Of a stretch of DNA of 64,000 nucleotides, positions 46,825-55,184 are shown piece after piece; the first letter of the stretch is position 1; each line of letters begins with the position of its first letter. Origin of the DNA: a virus (lineage: Duplodnaviria > Caudoviricetes); the IMG/VR virus record IMGVR_UViG_3300033498_000048, positions 96,001-160,000 of that record, one strand, 5' to 3'. The notes below the pieces were generated by a model. It had not been told where the DNA came from. It saw only the letters and a program-made list of their open reading frames with translations, and searched no databases. The position numbers and the translations under genes are program-made.

Positions 46825-48138
46825 CTAAAGACTAATCGAACTAACTTCGTTTAAATACATTTTATTAGCTGTTGTATTCAATAACGATTTTAGTTCTTTT
46901 TCTTTGTTTTTTAATGAGGTGTTTAAATCTGCTATTTTATCTTTTGTTAGGTTGTAAATAGGCATTGATAACAACTTATCTACATTAATGAATCCATTGT
47001 TCGATAATAACTCTACCAATTGTTTTTTAGACAATTCTTTAAATGTTGTTGCATTTTCAATGTAATAATTGATAAATCGTATTTTTTCTGAAATATCTGC
47101 TATTTCAGCAGTAACTATATCAATTAACTTTAAACGTCTCAATTCATAAATGTGAAGTCGATACTTAACAAAATAATCAACAATTTCTGCTGCCGAATTA
47201 AATACTTGAAGTTTAGAATTAACATTCCACAATGTTAAGTTTTCAGTGTCTTTTGATACCAACTTAAATGTATTATAAATGGTATCAATGTCCATATTAG
47301 TAACATTCCTAGGGCATTTAATTTCAATATTAAATCCATCTTCTGAAGAATCATCATCATAATCTTTGATTACATCTGTTTCCTTCAGTTTATTAAGGAT
47401 TGTTTTAATATCATCAAGGAACATTCCAATTGGCAATTCGGTAATACTAATTGTCGTTGAATTAACAATTTCCAATTTACCTTTGAAAATCCATTGGTTT
47501 TGATTTTCACCTTTTAATATTTGTCCAATGAAATTCTTATACCAAGGAATCAACTCAATTCTAGGTGTACCATTTAATATAGCAATAATATCATTTTTTA
47601 CATCAATTGGATTATATGCTAACACTTTACTGGCATATCCAGTACCAATTCCATGTGTTCCATTAATTAATACAACTGGTAATATTGGAACATAGAACTT
47701 TGGCTCAATTTGTTGGTCATCTTCATATAGATGTTCCAATATCACATCATCTGTACTATTAAATAATGTATTAAATGATGGAGATAACTTTGTGAAAATA
47801 TACCTATGTGCTGCTGGAATTGGTGATAATCTTGAACCAAATTGCCCTATAGGTTCGAGTAAATTGATATTGTTTGAACCAGCAAAGTTTTGAGCTAAGT
47901 TACAAATAACACCACCGATTCCTGCTTCTCCGTGGTGGTAAGCTGTTTCAGCAGCAACGGATGAACACAATTGTGCTACTTTGATTTCTGTGTTGGTTCT
48001 TTTTTTACAAGTGTGGACTATTTTACGTTGTGTTATTTTTAATCCATCTATGACATTTGCAATACTCCGTTGTGAATCATATATCGTGTATGGTTTATGT
48101 TGTGTTTCAAAAAACTCATTAATTGTTATCTTTTGCAT
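46825..48138 (-). CDS. 52: DNA topoisomerase II medium subunit (T4 gp52, GyrA-like)
   Basis: RSIANVIDGLK..QRK, YHHGE, GQFGSR and AAHRY (catalytic Tyr), LPVVLING..GIGTG. Confidence 0.95.
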   Translation of the reverse strand: MQKITINEFFETQHKPYTIYDSQRSIANVIDGLKITQRKIVHTCKKRTNTEIKVAQLCSSVAAETAYHHGEAGIGGVICNLAQNFAGSNNINLLEPIGQFGSRLSPIPAAHRYIFTKLSPSFNTLFNSTDDVILEHLYEDDQQIEPKFYVPILPVVLINGTHGIGTGYASKVLAYNPIDVKNDIIAILNGTPRIELIPWYKNFIGQILKGENQNQWIFKGKLEIVNSTTISITELPIGMFLDDIKTILNKLKETDVIKDYDDDSSEDGFNIEIKCPRNVTNMDIDTIYNTFKLVSKDTENLTLWNVNSKLQVFNSAAEIVDYFVKYRLHIYELRRLKLIDIVTAEIADISEKIRFINYYIENATTFKELSKKQLVELLSNNGFINVDKLLSMPIYNLTKDKIADLNTSLKNKEKELKSLLNTTANKMYLNEVSSISL

Positions 48139-48152
48139 TTGCTTATTCCCAG

Positions 48153-50042
48153 TTATACCAACTCACTAATACCCATCCAATCTTTTCTTAGATTAGTCAT
48201 TCCCTTTTCTTTTGAAAACATTAACTTGAATGTTCCAGGAACATCGCTATCAATTCCAGTTGATACTACCATTAAATTATTATCTAATGACGTTTCATCA
48301 AAATATTCTTTCCATTCTTTTGATGTTGATGTTCCAAGTCCTTTATAATATTTAAATGTAAATCCTGTATTAGATTCTTTCCATTCATTAAATTTGTCCA
48401 GTGAATAGAAGTTAATCGACTTCTTTTTATGTTGTACCTTAACAATTGGAGTATTTAAAATACAAATGATTCCCAATTCAAATAGTTCTGGAAAAAACTT
48501 GTGAAACATATTTAATAACAATGACCTGATTTGATAACCATCAAGGTCTTGGTCCGTGGTTATGATGATTTTTCCAAACCTAATATCATTTACAGATTCA
48601 ACTTTAACTCCGAGTTGTAATCCTAATATAGTCAATATGTTTTTAAATTCAGAGTTGTTTATAACGTCTTTAATGTCCATATCAAACACATTAATTGGTT
48701 TACCTTTTAATGGAAATGCTCCATGTAATTTAGTATTCCTACCACTTAATATTCCGCTAAGAGCCGAATCACCCTCAACAAGAAATAATGAGGTTTCCAT
48801 TCTATTTTTTGATGTTGCATCGTGAAACTTTGGAACATTCTTTGGGTCATTTTTGTTAATTAGTTTACTATGTTTCCGCAATTCAGCAGCAATTGTAGCC
48901 TGTTCTTTAGCCTTTACCCAATCTAATATAGATTGAATAGCATCTAATTCCAATACTTTTTTTATGAACTTATCATCACAGACCCACTCAGTTTGATATG
49001 CCTTGGGTTCTGTAATTAATTGTTCCTTAGTTTGGCTAGAATATCTAGGTTTAGCAATACTAGCAACAATGAATAATTGTAAATGGTTTTTAATATCTGC
49101 TGGCTTTACATCAATCTTGTGTTTTTTACTAAAATGGAATTTGAGCTTTGAAACTATTTGATTGGTTACATAATCAATATGTGTTCCCCCAACAAATGTT
49201 TCTGTTCCGTTGACAAACGAAACGTGGTCAAAGCCATCGGTTGCAGATGTAACAGCAATTTTCCAAGTATCGGTTTCATCAATTGCATAATTATCACAAT
49301 ACATGGAAACATAGTTTTTATATGAATCAATTTTTATCAATTCACCGTTTAAATGTATCTTTAATTTTGGATTACATCCAGCAACATCATAAACACGTTT
49401 AACTAACCTATCGTAATTATCTTGGTCTAATGTTTCTAAATTAAAGCGTGGATAGTCTGGAATCCATGATATTTCAGTAAACCGTTTTTTTGATTTGGTT
49501 ATTACTGGCTCTGTTTTTAACCTTGAATTGTTACTGTGTGTCTGGTTAAATGAGTTAGTTCCATCTGAAGTTATAACATTAAACTCAGTTGCAAATATTG
49601 CAGTTAATGATGCACCCTCACCATTTTGACCTGCACTAAAACCATCATCCGAATCATCATCAAAATTGCTTCCAGATTTCAATTCAAATACCATTTCTGG
49701 AATCCATTGGTTGTAGTCTTTGTGTTTGACAACTGTAATTCCACCATTATCAAACACTGTAATTTTACCAGTGCCTTTATCAATAGTCACTTTGATTGTA
49801 TCTAAATGTGACCCATCTGGACGTTTAGAAAAGTCGATTGAGTTTGAAATAACTTCATCAAATACTTTTAATAGTCCAGGACAAAAAGTCAGCTCTTTCT
49901 TCACAAAATTCTTTTCAATTTGGTTGTGAATAAATGTACTTGCTGTATGTGGATTAATAGACCCGATATATCTTCCTGGTCTGTGTAAAACATGGTCTAT
50001 ATCATCCAATTTTTTAAATCGTTCTTCAATCGTTTTTAACAT
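48153..50042 (-). CDS. 39: DNA topoisomerase II large subunit (fused T4 gp39+gp60, GyrB-like)
   Basis: HVLHRPGRYIGS, EVISNSID, GQNGEGA, EGDSA, PLKGK, TDQDLDG and YYKGLGT. Confidence 0.95.
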   Translation of the reverse strand: MLKTIEERFKKLDDIDHVLHRPGRYIGSINPHTASTFIHNQIEKNFVKKELTFCPGLLKVFDEVISNSIDFSKRPDGSHLDTIKVTIDKGTGKITVFDNGGITVVKHKDYNQWIPEMVFELKSGSNFDDDSDDGFSAGQNGEGASLTAIFATEFNVITSDGTNSFNQTHSNNSRLKTEPVITKSKKRFTEISWIPDYPRFNLETLDQDNYDRLVKRVYDVAGCNPKLKIHLNGELIKIDSYKNYVSMYCDNYAIDETDTWKIAVTSATDGFDHVSFVNGTETFVGGTHIDYVTNQIVSKLKFHFSKKHKIDVKPADIKNHLQLFIVASIAKPRYSSQTKEQLITEPKAYQTEWVCDDKFIKKVLELDAIQSILDWVKAKEQATIAAELRKHSKLINKNDPKNVPKFHDATSKNRMETSLFLVEGDSALSGILSGRNTKLHGAFPLKGKPINVFDMDIKDVINNSEFKNILTILGLQLGVKVESVNDIRFGKIIITTDQDLDGYQIRSLLLNMFHKFFPELFELGIICILNTPIVKVQHKKKSINFYSLDKFNEWKESNTGFTFKYYKGLGTSTSKEWKEYFDETSLDNNLMVVSTGIDSDVPGTFKLMFSKEKGMTNLRKDWMGISELV

Positions 50043-50265
50043 AATGCTCCGTTAAATTGTAAATGTTAATATCAACAGACGTAAATTCACGTTCCTTTTC
50101 AATAATCTTATTATCCTTGCGTTTTATATTTCTTCTTATTTTTTCACTAAAGACCTTCCGTTGTTTACCCCAATTCATTGGTACTTTACCGACCCACTCA
50201 CTAGGTATTTCCACCAGTTTTCCACGCCTTAATCTATAAAAGATTCCATCTTTTTCAATTCTCAT
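50026..50265 (-). CDS. Small basic protein, tandem paralogue A
   Basis: GIFYRLRRGKLVEIPSEWVGKV. Confidence 0.7.
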   Translation of the reverse strand: MRIEKDGIFYRLRRGKLVEIPSEWVGKVPMNWGKQRKVFSEKIRRNIKRKDNKIIEKEREFTSVDINIYNLTEHYVKND

Positions 50266-50483
50266 ATTAAGTCTGGACCACTAAAAGTATTTAATGAATG
50301 TATTTCATATAAATTAACACCACCTCGGTCTATAGTTCTTCCACGTTTGGGTTTTTTGCTTTGTCTGTTCCTCATAGTACAAGGAGTTGTTACTTTACCG
50401 ACCCATTCGCTTGGAATTTCAACAAGTTTACCACGTCTTAGTCTATAATAGATTCCATATATTTCTTTACGCATAATAATCAC
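50262..50483 (-). CDS. Small basic protein, tandem paralogue B
   Basis: GIYYRLRRGKLVEIPSEWVGKV. Confidence 0.7.
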   Translation of the reverse strand: MIIMRKEIYGIYYRLRRGKLVEIPSEWVGKVTTPCTMRNRQSKKPKRGRTIDRGGVNLYEIHSLNTFSGPDLI

Positions 50484-50497
50484 CTATAATTAAATTG

Positions 50498-51676
50498 TCA
50501 AATAAATTCACCTGGATGTGAATACAATACCTTATCTTTAGGGTTCGCTGATGTTGTAACCTCGGCAAATCTAACCCCTTTATTATTCTTTAGGGTTAAT
50601 ATATATTCAAAATTGGAAATTAAATCATAACTACCCTTTATTCCAATTGAGCTTGCAGTTTTTGAGTGACATGATAGTATGAAATTTATACCAACTTTCC
50701 TACCTTCTGTCAATAGTGGAAGTAAAAAGTCAGATAGGTTTTGAATATTTTTAGATACTGTTGTCCACTCGTCAGAAAAATAATAGACTTGTGGAAATTC
50801 ACCTTCAATAACAGCACCACTTCCTAATTGTTCATATCTGTGGTCCATTAAATGTAATGAGTTTTCTAGCTCTTCAGCAATAGCAGGGTAATTCCTACCT
50901 TGTCCTACAACACGCACACGTTCATCCCATTTCCCTGGGGTAGTGTGTGAATCCATAACTACTACTAAATGTCCCTGCCCTAATTTCTGTTTAATTAAGT
51001 GTTGGAATAGTGTTGTTTTACCCGAACCCTGTGAACCAATTATCAATATACGTTTAGAGTCAATTAATTCCTCTAATAATCCAGTCAAGTATCCATTATC
51101 ATCTTTTTTATTGATGCTTATAACCCCAACGTATGGATTTTGATTGGAATTAATTGATTCGTATATTACATCTTCTTCATCGTCATCGTTGTTTCCACAA
51201 TCTAAAACAGTATCATGTTCTTCAACACAATAATCGTCTGGATTTACATCCGTATCACATTCTTCAACGCAATAATCATCTGGACTTACACTTGTTTCGT
51301 GTTGTAATACAGCAATAGATGTCAATTGATATGGAGTGCATAGTTTCTCATTTCTAACTCTACTAATTGTATTGATGTGTATTTCTTTATTTAATTCCAA
51401 TTCATGTAGTTTTTGATACCGATGTAAATCCGTTAGGTTTTTTAAGTATCTAACTAAAAAAAAACAACATGGAACTAATACAAATAGTGCAGATATTAAG
51501 ATTATGATTCCAAGTAACCCGAACACCCCAGAAGTGGCAGTTACATAACTGTCAAGATAATTGTGTGGATATAATGATACAGATATATAATACCCCTTTA
51601 TTGTGATTGCAATTATCGCTGTAACCACGACAACTGCAACATATGATACAATTGTTAATAAATTGTTATTTCCCAT
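50498..51676 (-). CDS. Membrane-anchored FtsK/SpoIIIE-HerA-type ATPase
   Basis: Two N-terminal TM helices, Walker A GSQGSGKT, Walker B YYFSDE and arginine-finger segment EGRKVGI. Confidence 0.75.
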   Translation of the reverse strand: MGNNNLLTIVSYVAVVVVTAIIAITIKGYYISVSLYPHNYLDSYVTATSGVFGLLGIIILISALFVLVPCCFFLVRYLKNLTDLHRYQKLHELELNKEIHINTISRVRNEKLCTPYQLTSIAVLQHETSVSPDDYCVEECDTDVNPDDYCVEEHDTVLDCGNNDDDEEDVIYESINSNQNPYVGVISINKKDDNGYLTGLLEELIDSKRILIIGSQGSGKTTLFQHLIKQKLGQGHLVVVMDSHTTPGKWDERVRVVGQGRNYPAIAEELENSLHLMDHRYEQLGSGAVIEGEFPQVYYFSDEWTTVSKNIQNLSDFLLPLLTEGRKVGINFILSCHSKTASSIGIKGSYDLISNFEYILTLKNNKGVRFAEVTTSANPKDKVLYSHPGEFI

Positions 51677-51748
51677 GAAAGTCCCTTGACATTTGTTAAT
51701 TCTATTCTACATATACTATACAAATTCAATTATGTCAAGGGACTTTCA
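51676..51748. promoter_or_regulatory. Perfect 17-bp inverted repeat overlapping the RBS/start of the FtsK-like gene
   Basis: TGAAAGTCCCTTGACAT (51676-51692) and ATGTCAAGGGACTTTCA (51732-51748). Confidence 0.6.
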
Positions 51749-51751
51749 ATA

Positions 51752-52087
51752 TCATTTCATAAAACGTTTAATTGCACTTAGTTTGCTCCGTATTAATTTA
51801 TTAATGTGACGATTGATTATTGTTTTTGTGTCTAACAATTTGCGAATTTCGTCTATATCAGTTTTAATTGGTTTCCATTCATTTTCTAATCCATATTCGT
51901 AACAATCATACACCTCAACGAAATATAACATTCCACCATATTCATACAAAACAAATGCCATTTCATAATCACAAATTGCAACAAATACTTGATTAATCAA
52001 TAAGCATGGTTCACAAAACTCAATCGACAAATCAACAGCATTTTTACATTTCCAAGATATGAGTGGAGATATTGTAACATTCTTCAT
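51752..52087 (-). CDS. Hypothetical protein
   Basis: DYE....VL....G..Y.V....C..YGLEN.W pattern. Confidence 0.55.
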   Translation of the reverse strand: MKNVTISPLISWKCKNAVDLSIEFCEPCLLINQVFVAICDYEMAFVLYEYGGMLYFVEVYDCYEYGLENEWKPIKTDIDEIRKLLDTKTIINRHINKLIRSKLSAIKRFMK

Positions 52088-52090
52088 ATT

Positions 52091-52363
52091 TTATGCTACC
52101 ATTGGACTATCAACTGTTTCGTCCATGTAAGTTAAAAAGAAACTAACCGAATATTCATTTGCAGCAATATGATGTATGTTAATAGTATTTCCAAGTGACC
52201 GTACAAAGTTTAGCAATAATTGCATACTATGTTTAATGGTCACTTTATTTGGATAATCAATTACTACAATTTTTCTACACAATTCATATGCAGAATCATC
52301 AATTTCAATTGTTCCATGTTTACTCCAAAAAGCATTTAATTCTTTGTTTATAGTTTCACTCAT
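52091..52363 (-). CDS. Hypothetical protein (start moved to MSETINK)
   Basis: RBS AGAGG precedes the ATG at 52363. The longer call runs into the repeat. Confidence 0.55.
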   Translation of the reverse strand: MSETINKELNAFWSKHGTIEIDDSAYELCRKIVVIDYPNKVTIKHSMQLLLNFVRSLGNTINIHHIAANEYSVSFFLTYMDETVDSPMVA

Positions 52364-52387
52364 TTTGTTTCCTCTAGTATTATTTTG

Positions 52388-52670
52388 AATCAATGACTTA
52401 GCACTTGGAACAGTTATATAATTAATACCACGATGCAAGTGCTAACCTATTGATTTTGTTATATTGTAATCATTCTCAATTAAATCAATAGGTTAGCATT
52501 TATGAGTATTGGTTAATTAGTAAAGTGTTCCAAGTGCTAACTCATTGATTTATAGTAATTGACGATAATAGCTACTATATCAACAGGTTAGCACTTACAA
52601 CTGTTATATAACTAAGACCAATCTGCAAGTGCTATCTTGTTGATTCTTAATAATTGACAAGATAGCACTT
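52388..52670. repeat. Inverted-repeat element cluster J (3 copies plus a half-site)
   Basis: Copies at 52388-52455, 52482-52551 and 52577-52645 (all with 30-bp cores), plus an arm fragment at 52654-52670. Confidence 0.95.
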
Positions 52671-52952
52671 GTGGAACATATTATAACACGCTTAATGATG
52701 TGTTCAGAACCAACACGATTAACCCAGTGATTCCAGATAAACTTATAAATGGGTTCAATCTGAATGCTTCTGTTGGAGTTCGTTTTAATCTTGATGTTGT
52801 GTGGAAGATAAGCATAATAACACAAATACCACAAATAATATTAATAAGCAATTTTAATTCTCCAGTTGATAAGTAATTTATAGTTGTGCATGATACATTA
52901 AATAATAAAAAAGTCAAATAAATATGTTTATATTTTAAAAATGGAGAAAGGT

Positions 52953-53900
52953 ATGTTACAAGGTTTACAAAGTAATGCGTTTTCATATTCACAGTTCGTA
53001 TGGTTCATAGGTGTAGTTGAAGATAGAGATGACCCAGAAAAGACTGGACGACTTAAAGTAAGAATATTTGGCTATCACGATGAAGAAGATAGTGAAAATT
53101 CAAGTAGTGAAATATCAAAAGATTCGTTAGTTTGGGCTGCAACAATGCAACCAACAACCAGTGCAGCATTAAGTGGAATTGGTCATAGTCCAACAGGTAT
53201 TATGGTTGGTACAACGGTTGTTGGTTTTTTTGCAGATGGTCATAGTGCAGAAATGCCTATTATTATGGGTACATTAACAGGTAAACCAACAAAAACAAGT
53301 CAAACAAAGACAAAATATGAGGATGGTGAGTCGGATGCAAATAGGTTAGCTAGGGGAGAAACAAAAGAAACATCTATAGAAAAACAAAACGACTCATTGA
53401 CTGAGGGTGATGGGTGGAAAGAACCAAAATCAGCATATGCTGCAAAATATCCATACAATCATATAATTGAAACAGAGTGTGGACATATACAAGAATTTGA
53501 TGATACCGATGGTGCAGAACGCATACGAATTTACCACAAGAATGGTACATTTTGGGAAATACATCCAGGTGGAGATTATGTTTTAAAAATCCAAGGTACA
53601 CAATACGAAATCATCAAAACAGACTCTAATGTTAAAATAGGGGGTAATTTAAATGTAGAAGTAACTGGTGATGTGAAACTCAAAGTGAACGGTAAAGTTG
53701 ATTGTCAAGTTGTTGGGAACATAACGGTTAAATCAGATGGTGATATAGCAATGACTGCTACTGGAGATTTTGATATTAAATGTGGTGGGAATGCGACAAT
53801 TCAATCTGGTAGTTCTATGAAACTTGAGTCTGGTGGTAATACGTCAATTGATGCTGGAGGTATGTGTAGTATTAATGGGTCAATGGTAACAATAAATTGA
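52953..53900 (+). CDS. 5: Baseplate hub/puncturing device gp5 (OB fold plus beta-helix, no lysozyme domain)
   Basis: FVWFIGVVEDRDDPE.TGRLKVRIFGYH, PYNHIIETECGHIQEFDDT..ERIR.YH..GTF.EI, and C-terminal VxG repeats. Confidence 0.9.
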   Translation: MLQGLQSNAFSYSQFVWFIGVVEDRDDPEKTGRLKVRIFGYHDEEDSENSSSEISKDSLVWAATMQPTTSAALSGIGHSPTGIMVGTTVVGFFADGHSAEMPIIMGTLTGKPTKTSQTKTKYEDGESDANRLARGETKETSIEKQNDSLTEGDGWKEPKSAYAAKYPYNHIIETECGHIQEFDDTDGAERIRIYHKNGTFWEIHPGGDYVLKIQGTQYEIIKTDSNVKIGGNLNVEVTGDVKLKVNGKVDCQVVGNITVKSDGDIAMTATGDFDIKCGGNATIQSGSSMKLESGGNTSIDAGGMCSINGSMVTIN

Positions 53901-53910
53901 CCCAAACACT

Positions 53911-54204
53911 TTAATTAGTAGCTGAATATACCATTTTTAATATATCATCTTTTGATAAGTCTTTAATATTTACTATATTGTCCAATAGCCAATCGAAACG
54001 TGTTTTCCAAACATCTTGGAGTTTATTGGTTTTATTTGCTAGATGTATTTTGATGTTTTCCATTGAATCTGTTGTAAATATTGGAACCCACTCACTTATT
54101 GAGTTTTGTCGTTCTAATAATCTATAACAATGAATTGATGGATTATCTATGGCAATGTTTCCACGAATAGAAACTATATTCTCTTCAAATATCGGTTCGG
54201 TCAT
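53911..54204 (-). CDS. Hypothetical protein (start moved to MTEPIF)
   Basis: Abuts the stop of the upstream gene. Confidence 0.5.
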   Translation of the reverse strand: MTEPIFEENIVSIRGNIAIDNPSIHCYRLLERQNSISEWVPIFTTDSMENIKIHLANKTNKLQDVWKTRFDWLLDNIVNIKDLSKDDILKMVYSATN

Positions 54205-54205
54205 A

Positions 54206-54742
54206 TTATTCTTCCATATATTGATTTGTGAATCCAAGCAATACAGTTGAGTCGTCATCTAATTGTTCAAAATTTAAACATATTATCTTATCAGACTGCA
54301 ATGCTATTAATAAACTATGTAATATTTGTGGAAGTCCAATCATTGTAGTATCTGTTATTACTGGATTAATTTCAACCCATATTAACGGGTGTTTTAATAA
54401 TGTATTAACACATGGAGTATAACAGTTCCACAAATTGTGAATAGCACAACTATCCATATTAAATACTTTATTTAATTTATTTGTTATAATATCAATTAAT
54501 TCATAAACATTGGTATATTGTTTTGTATTATCATCGGTGGTCGAATCTAATATTTCAAGTGTAGACCAATCAATTGTAATATCAACATCTAGTAAATAGT
54601 TTAATAGTTCAATATTTCCAAGCAATAGGTTGTTATGCTTAACCCTATTTTCAAACACACAATATCCAGATATTGGGTCATTCTTGAGTAATTCAAATAC
54701 AACCTTTTTATACAAATCTGTTACTGTTTTTTGTTTTAACAT
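54206..54742 (-). CDS. Hypothetical protein
   Basis: A minus-strand late promoter lies upstream, with RBS AAGGTG. Confidence 0.55.
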   Translation of the reverse strand: MLKQKTVTDLYKKVVFELLKNDPISGYCVFENRVKHNNLLLGNIELLNYLLDVDITIDWSTLEILDSTTDDNTKQYTNVYELIDIITNKLNKVFNMDSCAIHNLWNCYTPCVNTLLKHPLIWVEINPVITDTTMIGLPQILHSLLIALQSDKIICLNFEQLDDDSTVLLGFTNQYMEE

Positions 54743-54768
54743 CGAATCACCTTCAACTGTAGTAAATA

Positions 54769-54782
54769 TATAAATATTTATA
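54769..54782. promoter_or_regulatory. Overlapping divergent T4-type late promoters
   Basis: TATAAATA at 54769-54776 (+) and 54775-54782 (-), plus CATAAATA at 54801-54808. Confidence 0.65.
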
Positions 54783-54827
54783 AATCTAATTAAATAGAAT
54801 CATAAATATTAAAGATAAGGGGTAAAC

Positions 54828-55184
54828 GTGAAACCAGCAACTATTAACTTAACAATATATCAGGGTTCAACTTTTACTAAAGATTATATTTGGAAAGTTG
54901 GTGAACCAGCAATTCCAGTTAATTTGACTGGATATACAGCTAAGATGCAAATCCGCGAAAAAATATCAGAAGCTACTATATTAATCGAATTATCAACAGA
55001 AAATGGTAGGATATTAATTCCTAATCCAATTGAAGGACACTTTTCATTTTTAATATCTGCTACAGATACGTCAATGTTAAGTTTTAAAAATGCTGTATAT
55101 GATTTAGAGTTGTATTCTCCATCTGGGGTTGTTCGCAGATTGTTTGGTGGGTCAGTAACATTATCTCCAGAGGTTACTAGATGA
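54828..55184 (+). CDS. Putative tail/baseplate-associated Ig-like protein (BppU-like)
   Basis: NLTIYQGSTF...PVNLTGYTAKMQIR...AVYDLEL......RLFGG.VT.SPEVTR. Confidence 0.65.
   Translation: MKPATINLTIYQGSTFTKDYIWKVGEPAIPVNLTGYTAKMQIREKISEATILIELSTENGRILIPNPIEGHFSFLISATDTSMLSFKNAVYDLELYSPSGVVRRLFGGSVTLSPEVTR

Noticed and set aside
31429-50042. Introns, inteins or homing endonucleases in nrdJ, thyX or the topoisomerase genes
   Set aside because: The ORFs are continuous and of normal length, with no LAGLIDADG, GIY-YIG, HNH or intein motifs seen.
20620-52670. Repeats as MITEs or IS ends, or as Rho-independent terminators
   Set aside because: There are no target-site duplications and no transposase. 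The 30-nt loops and lack of U-tracts do not fit intrinsic terminators.
306-52834. Most plus-strand ORFs in the supplied track (e.g. 3764..4153, 4308..4688, 7316..7663, 32378..32776, 39494..39916, 42435..42824) and minus-strand ORFs inside the late island (55750..56139, 56653..57111)
   Set aside because: They are antisense shadows fully overlapping well-supported genes, with no RBS or recognisable motifs.
52604-52992. Minus-strand ORFs 52604..52834 and 52681..52992
   Set aside because: They overlap the repeat array or the gp5 start and have no recognisable motif. One may be a real small membrane protein, but the sequence alone does not support a call.
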